From Tagaea sp. (GTDB lineage Bacteria > Pseudomonadota > Alphaproteobacteria > CACIAM-22H2): a stretch of 64,000 nucleotides of DNA. Below are positions 42,706-53,026 of this stretch, piece after piece. The DNA is taken from contig CBDIIB010000005.1 of assembly GCA_965279525.1 (NCBI GenBank), positions 1,600,001 to 1,664,000 on the forward strand. The letters run 5' to 3'. A program made the translations under genes and the position numbers. Under the pieces are notes generated by a model, which was given only the letters and a program-made list of their open reading frames with translations, made no database searches and had not been told where the DNA came from. Position 1 is the first letter of the stretch. Each line of letters opens with the position of its first letter.

Positions 42706-43872
42706 ATGCCCGTCATCAACCGCGTCGCCGCCTTTCACGGGGACATGAAGGCGTGGCGGCAGGAGATCCACAGCTTTCCCGAGCTGTGCTTCGAGGAGAA
42801 CCGCACCGCCGACCTGGTCGCGGCACGACTTGCCTCGTTCGGGATCGAGATACATCGCGGCCTTGCCACGACGGGCGTGGTCGGCACGCTGCGCGCGGGC
42901 GCTTCCACGCGCGCGATCGGCCTGCGTGCCGACATGGATGGGCTGCCGATGGGCGAGGACAACGGCTTTTCATACAGATCGATCAACGCCGGGCGCATGC
43001 ATGCCTGCGGGCATGACGGCCACACCGCGATGCTGCTGGGGGCCGCGAAGTATCTCGCCGAGACGCGCAATTTCGACGGCACCGTCCATTTCATCTTCCA
43101 GCCCGCCGAAGAAGGCGGCGGTGGCGGCAAGGTGATGGTCGACGAGGGCCTGTTCGACAGGTTCCCGGTCGAGGCGGTCTACGGCATGCACAACTGGCCG
43201 GGCCTGGAAGCCGGCCGCTTCTCGGTGCGCCCGGGACCGATGATGGCCTCGGCCGACAAGTTCGACATCGTCGTGCGCGGCATGGGAACGCACGGCGCCA
43301 TGCCGCATCGCGGCGTCGATCCCGTCGTCTGCGCGGCCCAGATCGTCACCGCGCTCCAGACGATAGCCTCGCGCGAGACCAACCCGCTGGATGCCGTCGT
43401 CGTCAGCGTCACGCAGATCCATGCGGGCGAGGCCTACAACGTCATCCCGAACGAATGCGTGCTGCGCGGCACGATCCGCGCGTTCGAACCGAAGGTGCGC
43501 GAAGGCCTTCCCACCGCGATGCAGCGTATCGCCGGCGGCATCGCCAGTGCCATGGGCTGCGAGATGAAGCTGGACTACGATCACGGCTACCCGCCGCTGG
43601 TCAACAGTGCGGCCGAAGTCGAGCTTGCGGCAAAGGCGATGCGCGAGGTTGCCGGTGCGGACAGCGTGACGACCGACGGCATCATGACGATGGGCTCGGA
43701 GGATTTCGCCTTCATGCTCGAAGCGAAGCCCGGCGCCTATGTCTTCGTCGGAAATGGCGCGACTGCCTCGCTGCACAATCCGAAATACGATTTCAACGAC
43801 GACATCCTGCCGGTGGGCGCTTCCTATTGGGCCACGCTCGTCGAGCAGACGCTGGCACGCAAGGCGGCCTGA
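42706..43872 (+). CDS. M20 aminoacylase/hippurate hydrolase-like amidohydrolase
   Basis: LRADMDGLP, MHACGHDGH, FQPAEEG, SEDFAF and LHNP. Confidence 0.92.
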   Translation: MPVINRVAAFHGDMKAWRQEIHSFPELCFEENRTADLVAARLASFGIEIHRGLATTGVVGTLRAGASTRAIGLRADMDGLPMGEDNGFSYRSINAGRMHACGHDGHTAMLLGAAKYLAETRNFDGTVHFIFQPAEEGGGGGKVMVDEGLFDRFPVEAVYGMHNWPGLEAGRFSVRPGPMMASADKFDIVVRGMGTHGAMPHRGVDPVVCAAQIVTALQTIASRETNPLDAVVVSVTQIHAGEAYNVIPNECVLRGTIRAFEPKVREGLPTAMQRIAGGIASAMGCEMKLDYDHGYPPLVNSAAEVELAAKAMREVAGADSVTTDGIMTMGSEDFAFMLEAKPGAYVFVGNGATASLHNPKYDFNDDILPVGASYWATLVEQTLARKAA

Positions 43873-43875
43873 CGG

Positions 43876-44643
43876 TCAGGATTTCGCGCGCGGCCGCAGC
43901 ACGTGGCTGTGGTCGGCAGCGTAGAGCCGGCTGTCGCCCGCCGCGACATCGGTCGCGAGGCCCCGGCCCACGAGGATCAGCGCCGTCCGCGTCAGGCCCA
44001 GTTCCTTCACCTTGTCGCGGATGTCGCCAAGCGTGCCATGGAGGAACGTCTCGTCGGGCCAGCTGACGCGCCAGCCGATCGCGACCGGGCAGTCGGCGCC
44101 GTAGATCGGCGAAAGCTCGCGCACGACCTTGGCGAGATTTGCGATCGACAGGTGGATGGCGAGCGTGGCCCCCGATTGCGCGAACGTGGCCAGTTCCTCG
44201 CCCGGCGGCATCGCCGAGGCGCGCGTGGCCGTGCGCGTGAGCACCACGCTCTGCACCACGCCCGGCAGCGTGAGTTCGCGCTTCATCGCCGCCGCCATCG
44301 CGGCATAGGCGGGCACGCCGGGGACGATCTCGTAGGGGATGGCGAGCGCATCGAGCCGGCGCATCTGTTCGGCGATGGCGCCGTAGAGCGACGGATCGCC
44401 CGAATGCACGCGCGCGACGTTCCAGCCCTTGGCATGGGCCGCTTCCATGCGCGCCATGATGGCGTCGAGATCCATCGACGCGGTGTCGACCGCCTCGACC
44501 CCGTCGCGCCGTGCCGCGACGACCTCGGCGGGGACGAGCGAGCCCGCATAGAGCACGAGGTCGGCCGCCGCGATGATCTTCAGGCCGCGAACGGTGATGA
44601 GGTCGGGCGCACCCGGACCCGCACCGACGAAATGGACGGTCAT
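43876..44643 (-). CDS. cobM: Precorrin-4 C11-methyltransferase
   Basis: VHFVGAGPGAPDLITVRG, YAGSLV, RVHSGDPSLYGAIAEQ and SRLY. Confidence 0.95.
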   Translation of the reverse strand: MTVHFVGAGPGAPDLITVRGLKIIAAADLVLYAGSLVPAEVVAARRDGVEAVDTASMDLDAIMARMEAAHAKGWNVARVHSGDPSLYGAIAEQMRRLDALAIPYEIVPGVPAYAAMAAAMKRELTLPGVVQSVVLTRTATRASAMPPGEELATFAQSGATLAIHLSIANLAKVVRELSPIYGADCPVAIGWRVSWPDETFLHGTLGDIRDKVKELGLTRTALILVGRGLATDVAAGDSRLYAADHSHVLRPRAKS

Positions 44644-46406
44644 GCCGGCTCCTTGCGTTCGTAGCCGCGCGGCGTGTAGAGGCGGGATCCGCCGGCGAGA
44701 TCGAGCCGGCGCGTGGCCGTGCTGCCGACCAGCACCAGCGTGAGCATGTCGACGGAGCCGACCCAGTCGTCGGCAAGGCGATGGATCGCGACGGCTTCGC
44801 CGTCGCGCCCCAGGTTGCGGGCCAGTGCGACCGGCGTTTCGGGGCCGCGCGCGGCCAGCAGGATCTCGCGTGCGCGCGGCAGCAATGTTCGCCGGCGCAG
44901 CGAGGCCGGATTGTAGAACGCGACGACGAAATCGCCGGCGGCCGCCGCCTGCAGGCGCCGTTCGATGTCGGCGACCGGCGTGAGCAGGTCGGAAAGCGAG
45001 ATCGCGCAGAAATCGTGGCCGAGCGGGGCGCCCAGCCTGGCGGCGGCGGCCTGCAGGGCCGATATGCCCGGGCAAACACGCACGGCGATCCGCCGCCAGG
45101 CCGGATCGCCCTTGTCCATCCGCTCGAAGGCGAGGGTGGCCAGCGCGTAGATGCCTGCATCGCCCGAGCAGACGAGTGCCACGCGCATTCCTTCGGCCGC
45201 CAGTGCCAGGGCCCGCTCGACCCGGCCGGTCTCGTCGCCAAGCCCGGTCTCGTGGCGCGGTTTGCCGGCGATCAACCCGTCGACGAGATCCAGATAGAGC
45301 CCGTAGCCGACGACCGCCTCGGCGGCGCGCAGGGCATCGCTCGCCTCGGGCGTGCGCCAGCCATCGGCACCGGGACCGATGCCGACGATGTCGAGATGGC
45401 CGCGCGCACGTCCCGTCGCCGACGCGTCGATGGGGGCAGGGGCAAGTGCCACCGCACAGGTCGCGCGTGCCGACTTGCGTTTGGCCACGACAAGCTTCCC
45501 GGCGGGTCCGGATGCGGCAAGGGCGGCGGCCTCGGCCACCGACGGCGTGCCGACGGTGGCGCGCACATATTCGGAAGCCTGCGAGACGCGCGGTTCTTCC
45601 TTCGCCAATGTCGCCGCATCGAAGAAACGTGCGGGCACGCCCAGCGTGTCCGCGAGTTGCAAGATGGCGCCCTCGTCGGATTTCAGATCGATCGAAACGA
45701 CGCAAGCGACCGCACTGGATGACAGGCCCGAATCCGCCAGCGCCGAACGTGCAAGCGCTTCGACCTCGGCGGCATCCACGCCGCGTTCGGCGCCGATGCC
45801 GACGGCGAGGACCGGTGGATGGTAGACGAGCCGGTCGTCGGCCCCTTCGTCGGCTTTCTCTGTGATGCGGATGATGCGCGCGGCGGTTTCGTCCTGCTTC
45901 AGTGACGAAAGCCACGATGCGTCGCCGTCGATGCGAACCGCTTCGCCGGCGATCAGTGCGGCGGCAAACGGCTTGATCGCGTCCGGGTTGGCGATCCGCC
46001 AGCCTGGCGGCGGCTCGTCGAGCGACACGCCGAGGCGGGCGTCGCCCGCCGTCGTGATTGCGGCGACGGCGCCGAGTGCTGCGGCAATCTCGCGGGCCAG
46101 CGCATTGGCACCGCGATGTCCACCCAGCAGCGGCACGACATGCGATCCGTCGCCCGACACGGCGATGACCGGCGGCTCGCGCGTCTTGTCGGCCAGCAGC
46201 GGCGCCACCGCACGGATCAGGATGCCGGCGGCACAGAAGCCCACGATCGGTCGCCCGGCAGCGAACAGGGCGGCGACATGCGCGGTCGCGTCGCCGAACG
46301 AAACATCCGCACCCGTCACGCGACCGGCAAGCCCGTGCAGTTCGCCCGGGATACGGCGCGCAAGCGCCGCGCCGTCGGCGGTAAGGCACACGAGGGCCGG
46401 GATCAT
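44640..46406 (-). CDS. cobJ: CbiG-CobJ fusion (precorrin-3B C17-methyltransferase)
   Basis: N-terminal CbiG motifs (GILIR, DKTREPPV, LLGGHRGAN, SVAEAAA); C-terminal CobJ motifs (VGIGPG, SGDAGIYA, GAPLGHDF, YTPRGY). Confidence 0.92.
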   Translation of the reverse strand: MIPALVCLTADGAALARRIPGELHGLAGRVTGADVSFGDATAHVAALFAAGRPIVGFCAAGILIRAVAPLLADKTREPPVIAVSGDGSHVVPLLGGHRGANALAREIAAALGAVAAITTAGDARLGVSLDEPPPGWRIANPDAIKPFAAALIAGEAVRIDGDASWLSSLKQDETAARIIRITEKADEGADDRLVYHPPVLAVGIGAERGVDAAEVEALARSALADSGLSSSAVACVVSIDLKSDEGAILQLADTLGVPARFFDAATLAKEEPRVSQASEYVRATVGTPSVAEAAALAASGPAGKLVVAKRKSARATCAVALAPAPIDASATGRARGHLDIVGIGPGADGWRTPEASDALRAAEAVVGYGLYLDLVDGLIAGKPRHETGLGDETGRVERALALAAEGMRVALVCSGDAGIYALATLAFERMDKGDPAWRRIAVRVCPGISALQAAAARLGAPLGHDFCAISLSDLLTPVADIERRLQAAAAGDFVVAFYNPASLRRRTLLPRAREILLAARGPETPVALARNLGRDGEAVAIHRLADDWVGSVDMLTLVLVGSTATRRLDLAGGSRLYTPRGYERKEPA

Positions 46407-47107
46407 CGCCAAGCCGCCTTGCGCCGGTGGACAAGCACCAGCGAGAAATAGGGCGCCGTGTCTGAAGTCGCGTCGAATAGCGCCAGCCGCCGTTCGCCGT
46501 CCATCCCCGCGCGCTCGACATAGGTCGCGCCGTCGGCGAGTCCGAGCCGGGCAAGCAGCGCGCGCAGCCGCCCGAAATGCCGGCCCAGTTTCAGGAACAC
46601 CAGCGAATCGTGGCCCGCGATGCGCCGCTCGATCTCGTCGTCCTCAAGCGTGGCCGGCACGACGGCGACACTGTCCTCGCGTGCGGCGATCGCATGGCCG
46701 GCGAGGGCGGCCGAAGCCGCAAAGGACGTGACGCCGGGGATCACGCGGCAGTCGAAGCGTTCGGCAAGGCGCGCATGCAGATACATGTACGAGCCGTAGA
46801 ACAGCGGATCGCCGAGGCACAGCAGCGCCACGTCGCGCCCGGCTTCCAGATGTCCGGCGATGGCGGCGGCACCGGAATCGTAGGCGTCCTGTGCGGGATG
46901 GCGCGCGATCTCGATGGGCAGGCGGACCGGGCACTCGATCTTGCCCGGCGGGATGTGGGGGGCAGCGATCGAGCGCGCGAGGGACGTACCGACCTCCGGT
47001 GCCGGATAGGCGATCACGGCGCACGCGGCGATGGCGCGCACCGCCTTGATCGTCAGCAGGTCAGGATCGCCCGGGCCGACGCCGATGCCGTAGAGCGTGC
47101 CGGTCAT
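46403..47107 (-). CDS. cobI: Precorrin-2 C20-methyltransferase
   Basis: LYGIGVGPGDPDLLTIKA, GDPLFYGSY and PYFS. Confidence 0.93.
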   Translation of the reverse strand: MTGTLYGIGVGPGDPDLLTIKAVRAIAACAVIAYPAPEVGTSLARSIAAPHIPPGKIECPVRLPIEIARHPAQDAYDSGAAAIAGHLEAGRDVALLCLGDPLFYGSYMYLHARLAERFDCRVIPGVTSFAASAALAGHAIAAREDSVAVVPATLEDDEIERRIAGHDSLVFLKLGRHFGRLRALLARLGLADGATYVERAGMDGERRLALFDATSDTAPYFSLVLVHRRKAAWR

Positions 47108-48309
47108 GGCTTGCGCACCGCAAGCTGCGTGACCGGCATCGCCGCGCGCCAGCCGTGATGCGGGCCGACCGGCTCGGCATGCGAGACGGCAAGCCGCGTC
47201 ATTTCCCCGCCGTGCCTGGCGTACCAGCCTGCGAGCACGGATTCGCTCTCCAGCGTCACCGCGTTGGCGACGAGCGTGCCGCCGGGCTTGAGGGCTTCCC
47301 AGCAGCGTTCGATCAGGCCGGACACCGAGGCGCCGCCGCCGACGAACACCGCGTCGGGCGCTTCAAGGCCGTCGAGGGCGGCGGGAGCTTCGCCCGCGAC
47401 GATCTGCAGGTCCGGCACGCCGAGAGATTCGGCGTTTCGCGCGATGCGCGCAAGCCTGGCGCCGTCGCGCTCGACGGCGATGGCGCGCATGCCGGGCGCG
47501 CTGCGCAGCCACTCGATGGCGATCGAACCGTTGCCGGCCCCGACGTCCCACAGCAATTGGCCGGGCAGCGGGGCAAGGGCGGCAAGCGTGGCCGCGCGCA
47601 CGGCGCGCTTGGTGAGCTGCCCGTCGTGCTCGAAGCAGTCGTCGGGCAGGCCGGCAAGGCGCGGCAGCGGGCGGGCCCCCGGACCGGCCACGCACGCGAT
47701 GGCAAGGATGTTGAGGTCGTCGAGATTTGCGTGCGACCAATCTTCTGCTTGACCGACCAAGGCCCGCTCGGCCGGACCGCCCATGCGCTCGAACGCGTGC
47801 AGGCGCGAGCTACCGAAGCCGCGCGCGCTCAGAAACGACGCGACGGACGCGGGCGTCGTGCCGTCGTGCGTCAACGCGATCAGCCGGGCGCCATCGGCCA
47901 GATGCAGGGCGAGGGCTGCGAGCGGGCGGCCGTGCAGCGACAGCGTCGTGCAGTCGGCAAGCGGCCATGCGAGGCGCGAAGCGGCGAGCGCGAACGACGA
48001 GACATGTGGAAACACCGCCATCTCCCCGGCCGGAAAGCGGCGCGCGAGCGTGGCACCGGCCCCGAACCACATCGGATCGCCCGAGACGAGCACGACGACG
48101 CGCCTGCCGCACCGGGCCGCGATGGTGTCGAGCGTTGCGCCAAGCGGGCTTTGCCAGACGATCCGTTCGGCCGAAGTCGAAGGCACGAATGCCAGATGGC
48201 GCTTGCCGCCGACCAGCACTTCAGCGGCATCGAGTGCTGCGCGCGCGGCCGGCGACAGGCCGACGAGCCCGTCCTCGCCGATGCCGACGACATGGAGCCA
48301 CACGCTCAT
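47104..48309 (-). CDS. cobL: Precorrin-6Y C5,15-methyltransferase (CbiE+CbiT)
   Basis: [31 protein letters not shown] and ANAVTLE. Confidence 0.93.
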   Translation of the reverse strand: MSVWLHVVGIGEDGLVGLSPAARAALDAAEVLVGGKRHLAFVPSTSAERIVWQSPLGATLDTIAARCGRRVVVLVSGDPMWFGAGATLARRFPAGEMAVFPHVSSFALAASRLAWPLADCTTLSLHGRPLAALALHLADGARLIALTHDGTTPASVASFLSARGFGSSRLHAFERMGGPAERALVGQAEDWSHANLDDLNILAIACVAGPGARPLPRLAGLPDDCFEHDGQLTKRAVRAATLAALAPLPGQLLWDVGAGNGSIAIEWLRSAPGMRAIAVERDGARLARIARNAESLGVPDLQIVAGEAPAALDGLEAPDAVFVGGGASVSGLIERCWEALKPGGTLVANAVTLESESVLAGWYARHGGEMTRLAVSHAEPVGPHHGWRAAMPVTQLAVRKP

Positions 48310-48947
48310 GCGCCGGCACCTTCCTCGGGATTGCCGGCAAGCGCGTTGATCGCTGCGGCGGCCATGGCACTGCCGCCGCGCCGGCCGGGCAACGTGGCGA
48401 AGGCGAGGTCGCGCGGATTCTCGACCAGCGCTTGCTTGGATTCGACTGCGCCGACGAAGCCGACCGGGAACGCGAACAGGGCCGCGGGACGCGGCCCGCC
48501 GATATCGACATTCTCGAGCAGGCGAAACAGCGCCGTCGGCGCGTTGCCGATCGCCACCACGGCACCGGCGAGGCGCGGTCCCCAAAGGTCGACTGCGGCG
48601 GCCGAACGCGTCGAGCGCAGTTCGGCGGCGCGCACGATGGCTTCTGGCGTGTCGACGAGACAGACGATCTCGTTATCCGCCGGCAGGTACCGGCGCTGGA
48701 TGCCGTGCGCCACCATCGCGCCGTCGCACAGGATCGGCGCGCCGGCGGCAAGCGCGGCGCGCGCCCTGAATACTACGTCGGTGCTGGCAACAAGAGATTC
48801 GGCGACGTCTTCCATGCCGCAGGCATGCGCCACGCGCAGTGCCACCGCCGCGATGTCGGGCGCGAAGCGGTCGAGCTTCGCCTCCGCCCGGATCGTCGCG
48901 AAGGAGCGCCGGTAGATTTCGGCCGGATCGCGCAGATAGTCGATCAT
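48306..48947 (-). CDS. cobH: Precorrin-8X methylmutase
   Basis: [31 protein letters not shown] and GRRGGS. Confidence 0.95.
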   Translation of the reverse strand: MIDYLRDPAEIYRRSFATIRAEAKLDRFAPDIAAVALRVAHACGMEDVAESLVASTDVVFRARAALAAGAPILCDGAMVAHGIQRRYLPADNEIVCLVDTPEAIVRAAELRSTRSAAAVDLWGPRLAGAVVAIGNAPTALFRLLENVDIGGPRPAALFAFPVGFVGAVESKQALVENPRDLAFATLPGRRGGSAMAAAAINALAGNPEEGAGA

Positions 48948-48950
48948 CGC

Positions 48951-49919
48951 CTAGCGGTGCTTGTGCGGATGCGCATGGTCGTGGCCGTGGTGATGGCCAT
49001 GATCATGCCCGTTTCCATGATCGTGCGAATGGCCATGTTCGCCGTCGGTGCCGATGCCGCGCACATGCAGGTGATGGCCGGCCTGTACGGCACCCACCTC
49101 GGCCTCGTAGCCGACGATCTGCGTGCGGTACTTGCAGACCATGCAGTTCATCGCGGTCTGGCCCGTGTCGATCTCGGCCAGCCGATCGAGAAACGCCTCG
49201 ACGACATTGCCGTGCGCGTTGAGGTAGGCGGCCTTGAGGAACTCGACGTCCGGGTTGAGGGCGGCGATCTCGTCGGTGTGGTCGTAGATGCGCTTCACGA
49301 GAATGCCGTTGAACAGGAAATAGGGGAACACGATCACGCGCCGGAAGCCCATCCGCACGGCGCGCGCCAGACAGTCGTTCGTGCGCGGATGCGCCACGCC
49401 CGAATAGGCGACGGTCGCCCAGCCGAAGCCCATGCCTTCCCATAGCATGCGCGCGACCTTGGCGACGTTCGAGTTGGCATCCGGGTCGTTGGTGCCGCGG
49501 CCGACGACGACGAGCAGCGTGTCCTCGCGGGTCGCGGTGCGCTTCGCCCGCCGCTCGGCCGTCTCGATGCGCTGCTTGGCAGCTTCGATAAGCTTGAGGT
49601 CGACGGCAAGATCGCGGCCGAACTCGACCTTGATGCCGGGGTTCTCGGCCGCCCACGTGTTCAGTTCCCACGGCAGGTCGTTCTTGACGTGGCCGGCGGC
49701 GAACAGCATCGCCGGCAATGCAAGAATTCTCGTGGCCCCTTTGGCCTTCAGCGCGTCGAGCCCTTCGCGGATCATCGGCCGCGCGAATTCGAGAAAGCCC
49801 GAGCCGACCTCGCGTCCCGGCAGGCGGGTGCGCAAGGCCGCCACCATCGCGTCGAATTCGCGCACGGCATCAAGGTCCCGGCTGCCATGGCCGCAGATCA
49901 TCACGGCGGGGTCGTTCAT
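48951..49919 (-). CDS. cbiX: Long-form CbiX sirohydrochlorin chelatase-like protein with His-rich tail
   Basis: GHGSRD, FLEFARP, AGHVKND, GRGTND, PYFLFNG, MNCMVCKYR and a C-terminal poly-His tract. Confidence 0.88.
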   Translation of the reverse strand: MNDPAVMICGHGSRDLDAVREFDAMVAALRTRLPGREVGSGFLEFARPMIREGLDALKAKGATRILALPAMLFAAGHVKNDLPWELNTWAAENPGIKVEFGRDLAVDLKLIEAAKQRIETAERRAKRTATREDTLLVVVGRGTNDPDANSNVAKVARMLWEGMGFGWATVAYSGVAHPRTNDCLARAVRMGFRRVIVFPYFLFNGILVKRIYDHTDEIAALNPDVEFLKAAYLNAHGNVVEAFLDRLAEIDTGQTAMNCMVCKYRTQIVGYEAEVGAVQAGHHLHVRGIGTDGEHGHSHDHGNGHDHGHHHGHDHAHPHKHR

Positions 49920-49972
49920 CGTCCACTCCTCATGCGTTGACCAAATATACGCCGCGCGTCACTCTCGCGGGC

Positions 49973-50974
49973 ATGTCGATTTTTCCAGCCCCGCCCGCCG
50001 TCGAACCGCTGCTCGTTCTGCTGGCGGCCCTGGTCCTCGACGCCGTGTTCGGCGAGATGCGCCCCGTGTTCGGGCGCATCGGCCATCCGGTGCAGTGGCT
50101 GGGGAAGTTGGTGGGGGCGCTGGAAACGCGCCTCAACCGCCCGCAGCGCAGTGCGGCGGCCAGGCGCGCGCGTGGTGCTTTGACCGTCGTGCTGGTGGCG
50201 GGGATCGCGGGTGCGGCCGGCTGGGCGATCGTTTCCTTCGCGCGCACGCGCTGGTGGGGCTGGATGCTGGAAGCGTTCGTCGCGTCGATCCTGATCGCGC
50301 AGCGTTCCCTCTACGCACATGTCGCGGCGGTTGCCGATGCGATGGGCAAAGAAGGCCTTGCCGGCGGACGTCGTGCCGTCGCGATGATCGTCGGCCGCGA
50401 TCCGGAAAGCCTCGACGAGCATGGCGTGGTGCGTGCGGCGATCGAGTCGCTTGCCGAGAATTTTTCCGATGCGGTCGTGGCACCGGTCTTCTGGTTCGCG
50501 CTTTTCGGACTGCCGGGGCTTTTCGTCGCGAAGGCCGTCAACACGCTCGACTCGATGATCGCGCACCGCAACGAACGCTATCTCGATTTCGGCCGCTTCG
50601 CCGCGCGGCTCGACACGGCGATGAATTTCGTGCCTGCCCGCCTCAGCGCGCTGATCGTGACGCTCGCCGCGTTCGTTGCTCCGGGTGCGCGGCCGGTCGC
50701 GGCACTTCGCATCGCGTTCAAGGACGCGCGCAAGCACCGCTCGGTCAATGCGGGCTGGCCCGAAGGCGCTTTCGCAGGTGCCCTCGATCTTGCGATCGCC
50801 GGACCCCGGCGCTACGGCAGCGAGCTTGTCGACGATCCGTGGATCGGCAGCGGCCGGGCGCGCGCCAACATCGCCGACCTGCGCCGTGCGCTGTGGTTGT
50901 TTGCGGCCGCCTGCCTCGTCCAGGCGGGCCTGGTCGCGGCGATGGCTGTCGGCCGGTTGATGCTGCAGCTCTAG
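49973..50974 (+). CDS. cobD: Adenosylcobinamide-phosphate synthase (CobD/CbiB)
   Basis: [26 protein letters not shown] and [10 protein letters not shown]. Confidence 0.93.
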   Translation: MSIFPAPPAVEPLLVLLAALVLDAVFGEMRPVFGRIGHPVQWLGKLVGALETRLNRPQRSAAARRARGALTVVLVAGIAGAAGWAIVSFARTRWWGWMLEAFVASILIAQRSLYAHVAAVADAMGKEGLAGGRRAVAMIVGRDPESLDEHGVVRAAIESLAENFSDAVVAPVFWFALFGLPGLFVAKAVNTLDSMIAHRNERYLDFGRFAARLDTAMNFVPARLSALIVTLAAFVAPGARPVAALRIAFKDARKHRSVNAGWPEGAFAGALDLAIAGPRRYGSELVDDPWIGSGRARANIADLRRALWLFAAACLVQAGLVAAMAVGRLMLQL

Positions 50975-52425
50975 ACGCATCGCGCCAGCCCCAGCAGCCG
51001 GTCGAGATCGATCGCGGCGCCTATGTGTTCAGCCAGTCGATCGAGCGTGCCTTCGATCTGTGCTTCGTAGGCGATCCCGGGTCCGCGTCCGGCGCGCAAG
51101 GTTCCCAGCCAGTGCGCGCGGTATGTATCTGACGCGAACAGGCCGTGGATATAGCTGCCGGTCACGCGGCCGTCGGACGCGCCTTCCGGCACGCCGTCAA
51201 GCGACAGCAGAGACGTAGCGGTCCCGGTCGTGCGGCCCACGTGGATCTCGTAGCCGTGCACGATGCAGCCCGAGCGGGCGTCCGTCGCCTTTACTTCGCG
51301 CAGCGTCTTTTCGGGGGCGAGCACGGTGTCGATGGCAAGAAGGCCCAGGCCGGCGACCGTGGCGGCCGGCCCTTCGATCCCGCCGGGATCGGCGATCGTT
51401 CGCCCCAGCATCTGATAGCCGCCGCACAGGCCGACGACGGCACCGCCGCGCCGCACATGCGCGGCGATGTCGATGTCCCAGCCCTGCGCGCGCAGGAACG
51501 CGAGATCGGCGATCGTCGCCTTGGAGCCCGGCAGCAGCACCGCGTCGCAGTCGCCCGGCAGCGCTTCGCCCGGTTCGAGCAGGGCAAGGTCGACATCCGG
51601 CTCGCCAGCCAGCGGATCGAGATCGTCGGTATTGGCGATACAGGGCAGGCGCGGCACGCGGATCCTGATGGCGCCGGTGCCGCCTGCATAGCGGCTTGCC
51701 AGCGAAGCGCCGTCTTCGGCCGGCAGCAGGCGCGCGTCGGCGAACCACGGCACGACGCCAAGGCAAGGAATGCGCGCGTGTTCCTCGATCGCGCGCCGCC
51801 CACCGTCGAAGAGTGCCAAGTCGCCGCGGAACTTGTTGACGATGCAGCCCATGACCAGCTTGCGCTCGTCGGCCGCCAGCAGCGCCATCGTGCCGGCAAA
51901 CGACGCGATCACGCCGCCGCGGTCGATATCGCCGACCAGCACGACCGGCACGTTCGCGGCCGACGCGAATCCCATGTTCGCGATGTCGCCTTCACGCAAA
52001 TTGATCTCGGCGGGCGAGCCGGCTCCTTCGACGAGCACGAGGTCGGCATCGGCGGCCAATCGGCCGAAGCTTTCGAGCACGCGCCCCATCAGTTGCGGCT
52101 TCAGCGCGTGGTAGTCGGCTGCTCGTGCAGTGCTGAACATGCGCCCCTGTACAATGACCTGCGCGCCGGTTTCCGACTGCGGCTTCAGCAGCACGGGGTT
52201 CATGTCCGCGGTGGCGGCGATGCGCGCGGCACGCGCCTGCAGGGCCTGCGCGCGCCCGATCTCGCCGCCGTCGGCGGTGACGGCGGCGTTGTTCGACATG
52301 TTCTGCGGCTTGAACGGACGCACGGAAAGGCCGCGATTCGCGAAGGCGCGCGCGAGCCCTGCGACGATCAGCGACTTGCCGACGTCCGACCCCGTCCCCT
52401 GGAACATGAGTGCGCGCGCCGCCAT
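50971..52425 (-). CDS. cobQ: Cobyric acid synthase
   Basis: [40 protein letters not shown] and GYEIH. Confidence 0.95.
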   Translation of the reverse strand: MAARALMFQGTGSDVGKSLIVAGLARAFANRGLSVRPFKPQNMSNNAAVTADGGEIGRAQALQARAARIAATADMNPVLLKPQSETGAQVIVQGRMFSTARAADYHALKPQLMGRVLESFGRLAADADLVLVEGAGSPAEINLREGDIANMGFASAANVPVVLVGDIDRGGVIASFAGTMALLAADERKLVMGCIVNKFRGDLALFDGGRRAIEEHARIPCLGVVPWFADARLLPAEDGASLASRYAGGTGAIRIRVPRLPCIANTDDLDPLAGEPDVDLALLEPGEALPGDCDAVLLPGSKATIADLAFLRAQGWDIDIAAHVRRGGAVVGLCGGYQMLGRTIADPGGIEGPAATVAGLGLLAIDTVLAPEKTLREVKATDARSGCIVHGYEIHVGRTTGTATSLLSLDGVPEGASDGRVTGSYIHGLFASDTYRAHWLGTLRAGRGPGIAYEAQIEGTLDRLAEHIGAAIDLDRLLGLARCV

Positions 52426-52429
52426 CTTT

Positions 52430-53026
52430 CTAGAACTCGACCCCCGCCTGCGCCTTGATGCCGTCGCGGAACGGGTGCTTGACCATCGTCATCTCGGTCA
52501 CGAGATCGGCCGCGTCGATCAGCCCCTGCGGCGCGTTGCGCCCCGTGACCACGCAATGCTGCATGGGCGGGCGGGCCGCGATCGTCTCGAGGATCGGCTC
52601 GAGCGGGAAGTAGCCGTTGCGCAGCGCGATGTTGAGTTCGTCCAGCACGACCATGCTCAGGCTTGCGTCGGCGAGCATGCGTTTGGATTCGGTCCAGGCG
52701 CGCTCGGCGGCGGCGATGTCGCGCGCCTTGTCCTGCGTTTCCCACGTGAAGCCTTCGCCCAGCGTCTGGATCTCGCACAGCTCTGGAAACTTCTTGAGCA
52801 GGCGGGCCTCGCCGGTGTCCCACGCCCCCTTCACGTACTGCACGATGCCGACCTTCATTCCGTGGCCAAGGCAGCGCATCACCATGCCGAAGGCGGAGGA
52901 CGATTTGCCCTTGCCCTTGCCGGTATGGACGATCAGCAGGCCTTTCTCGCCGGATTTTTCCGCCATCATGCGGTCGCGGGCTTCCTTGATGCGGCGCATC
53001 TTGGCGGCGTGGATGTCGTCGGTCAT
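52430..53026 (-). CDS. cobO: Cob(I)yrinic acid a,c-diamide adenosyltransferase
   Basis: [29 protein letters not shown] and KHPF. Confidence 0.95.
   Translation of the reverse strand: MTDDIHAAKMRRIKEARDRMMAEKSGEKGLLIVHTGKGKGKSSSAFGMVMRCLGHGMKVGIVQYVKGAWDTGEARLLKKFPELCEIQTLGEGFTWETQDKARDIAAAERAWTESKRMLADASLSMVVLDELNIALRNGYFPLEPILETIAARPPMQHCVVTGRNAPQGLIDAADLVTEMTMVKHPFRDGIKAQAGVEF

Noticed and set aside
44640-46406. CbiG-CobJ fusion as a novelty in itself
   Set aside because: This is a known fusion; it is used only as evidence for the hybrid pathway.
48955-49040. Short tandem-like repeats (tggcc/atg)
   Set aside because: They are explained by the His/Gly/Asp codons of the CbiX tail; not a CRISPR array or DNA repeat element.
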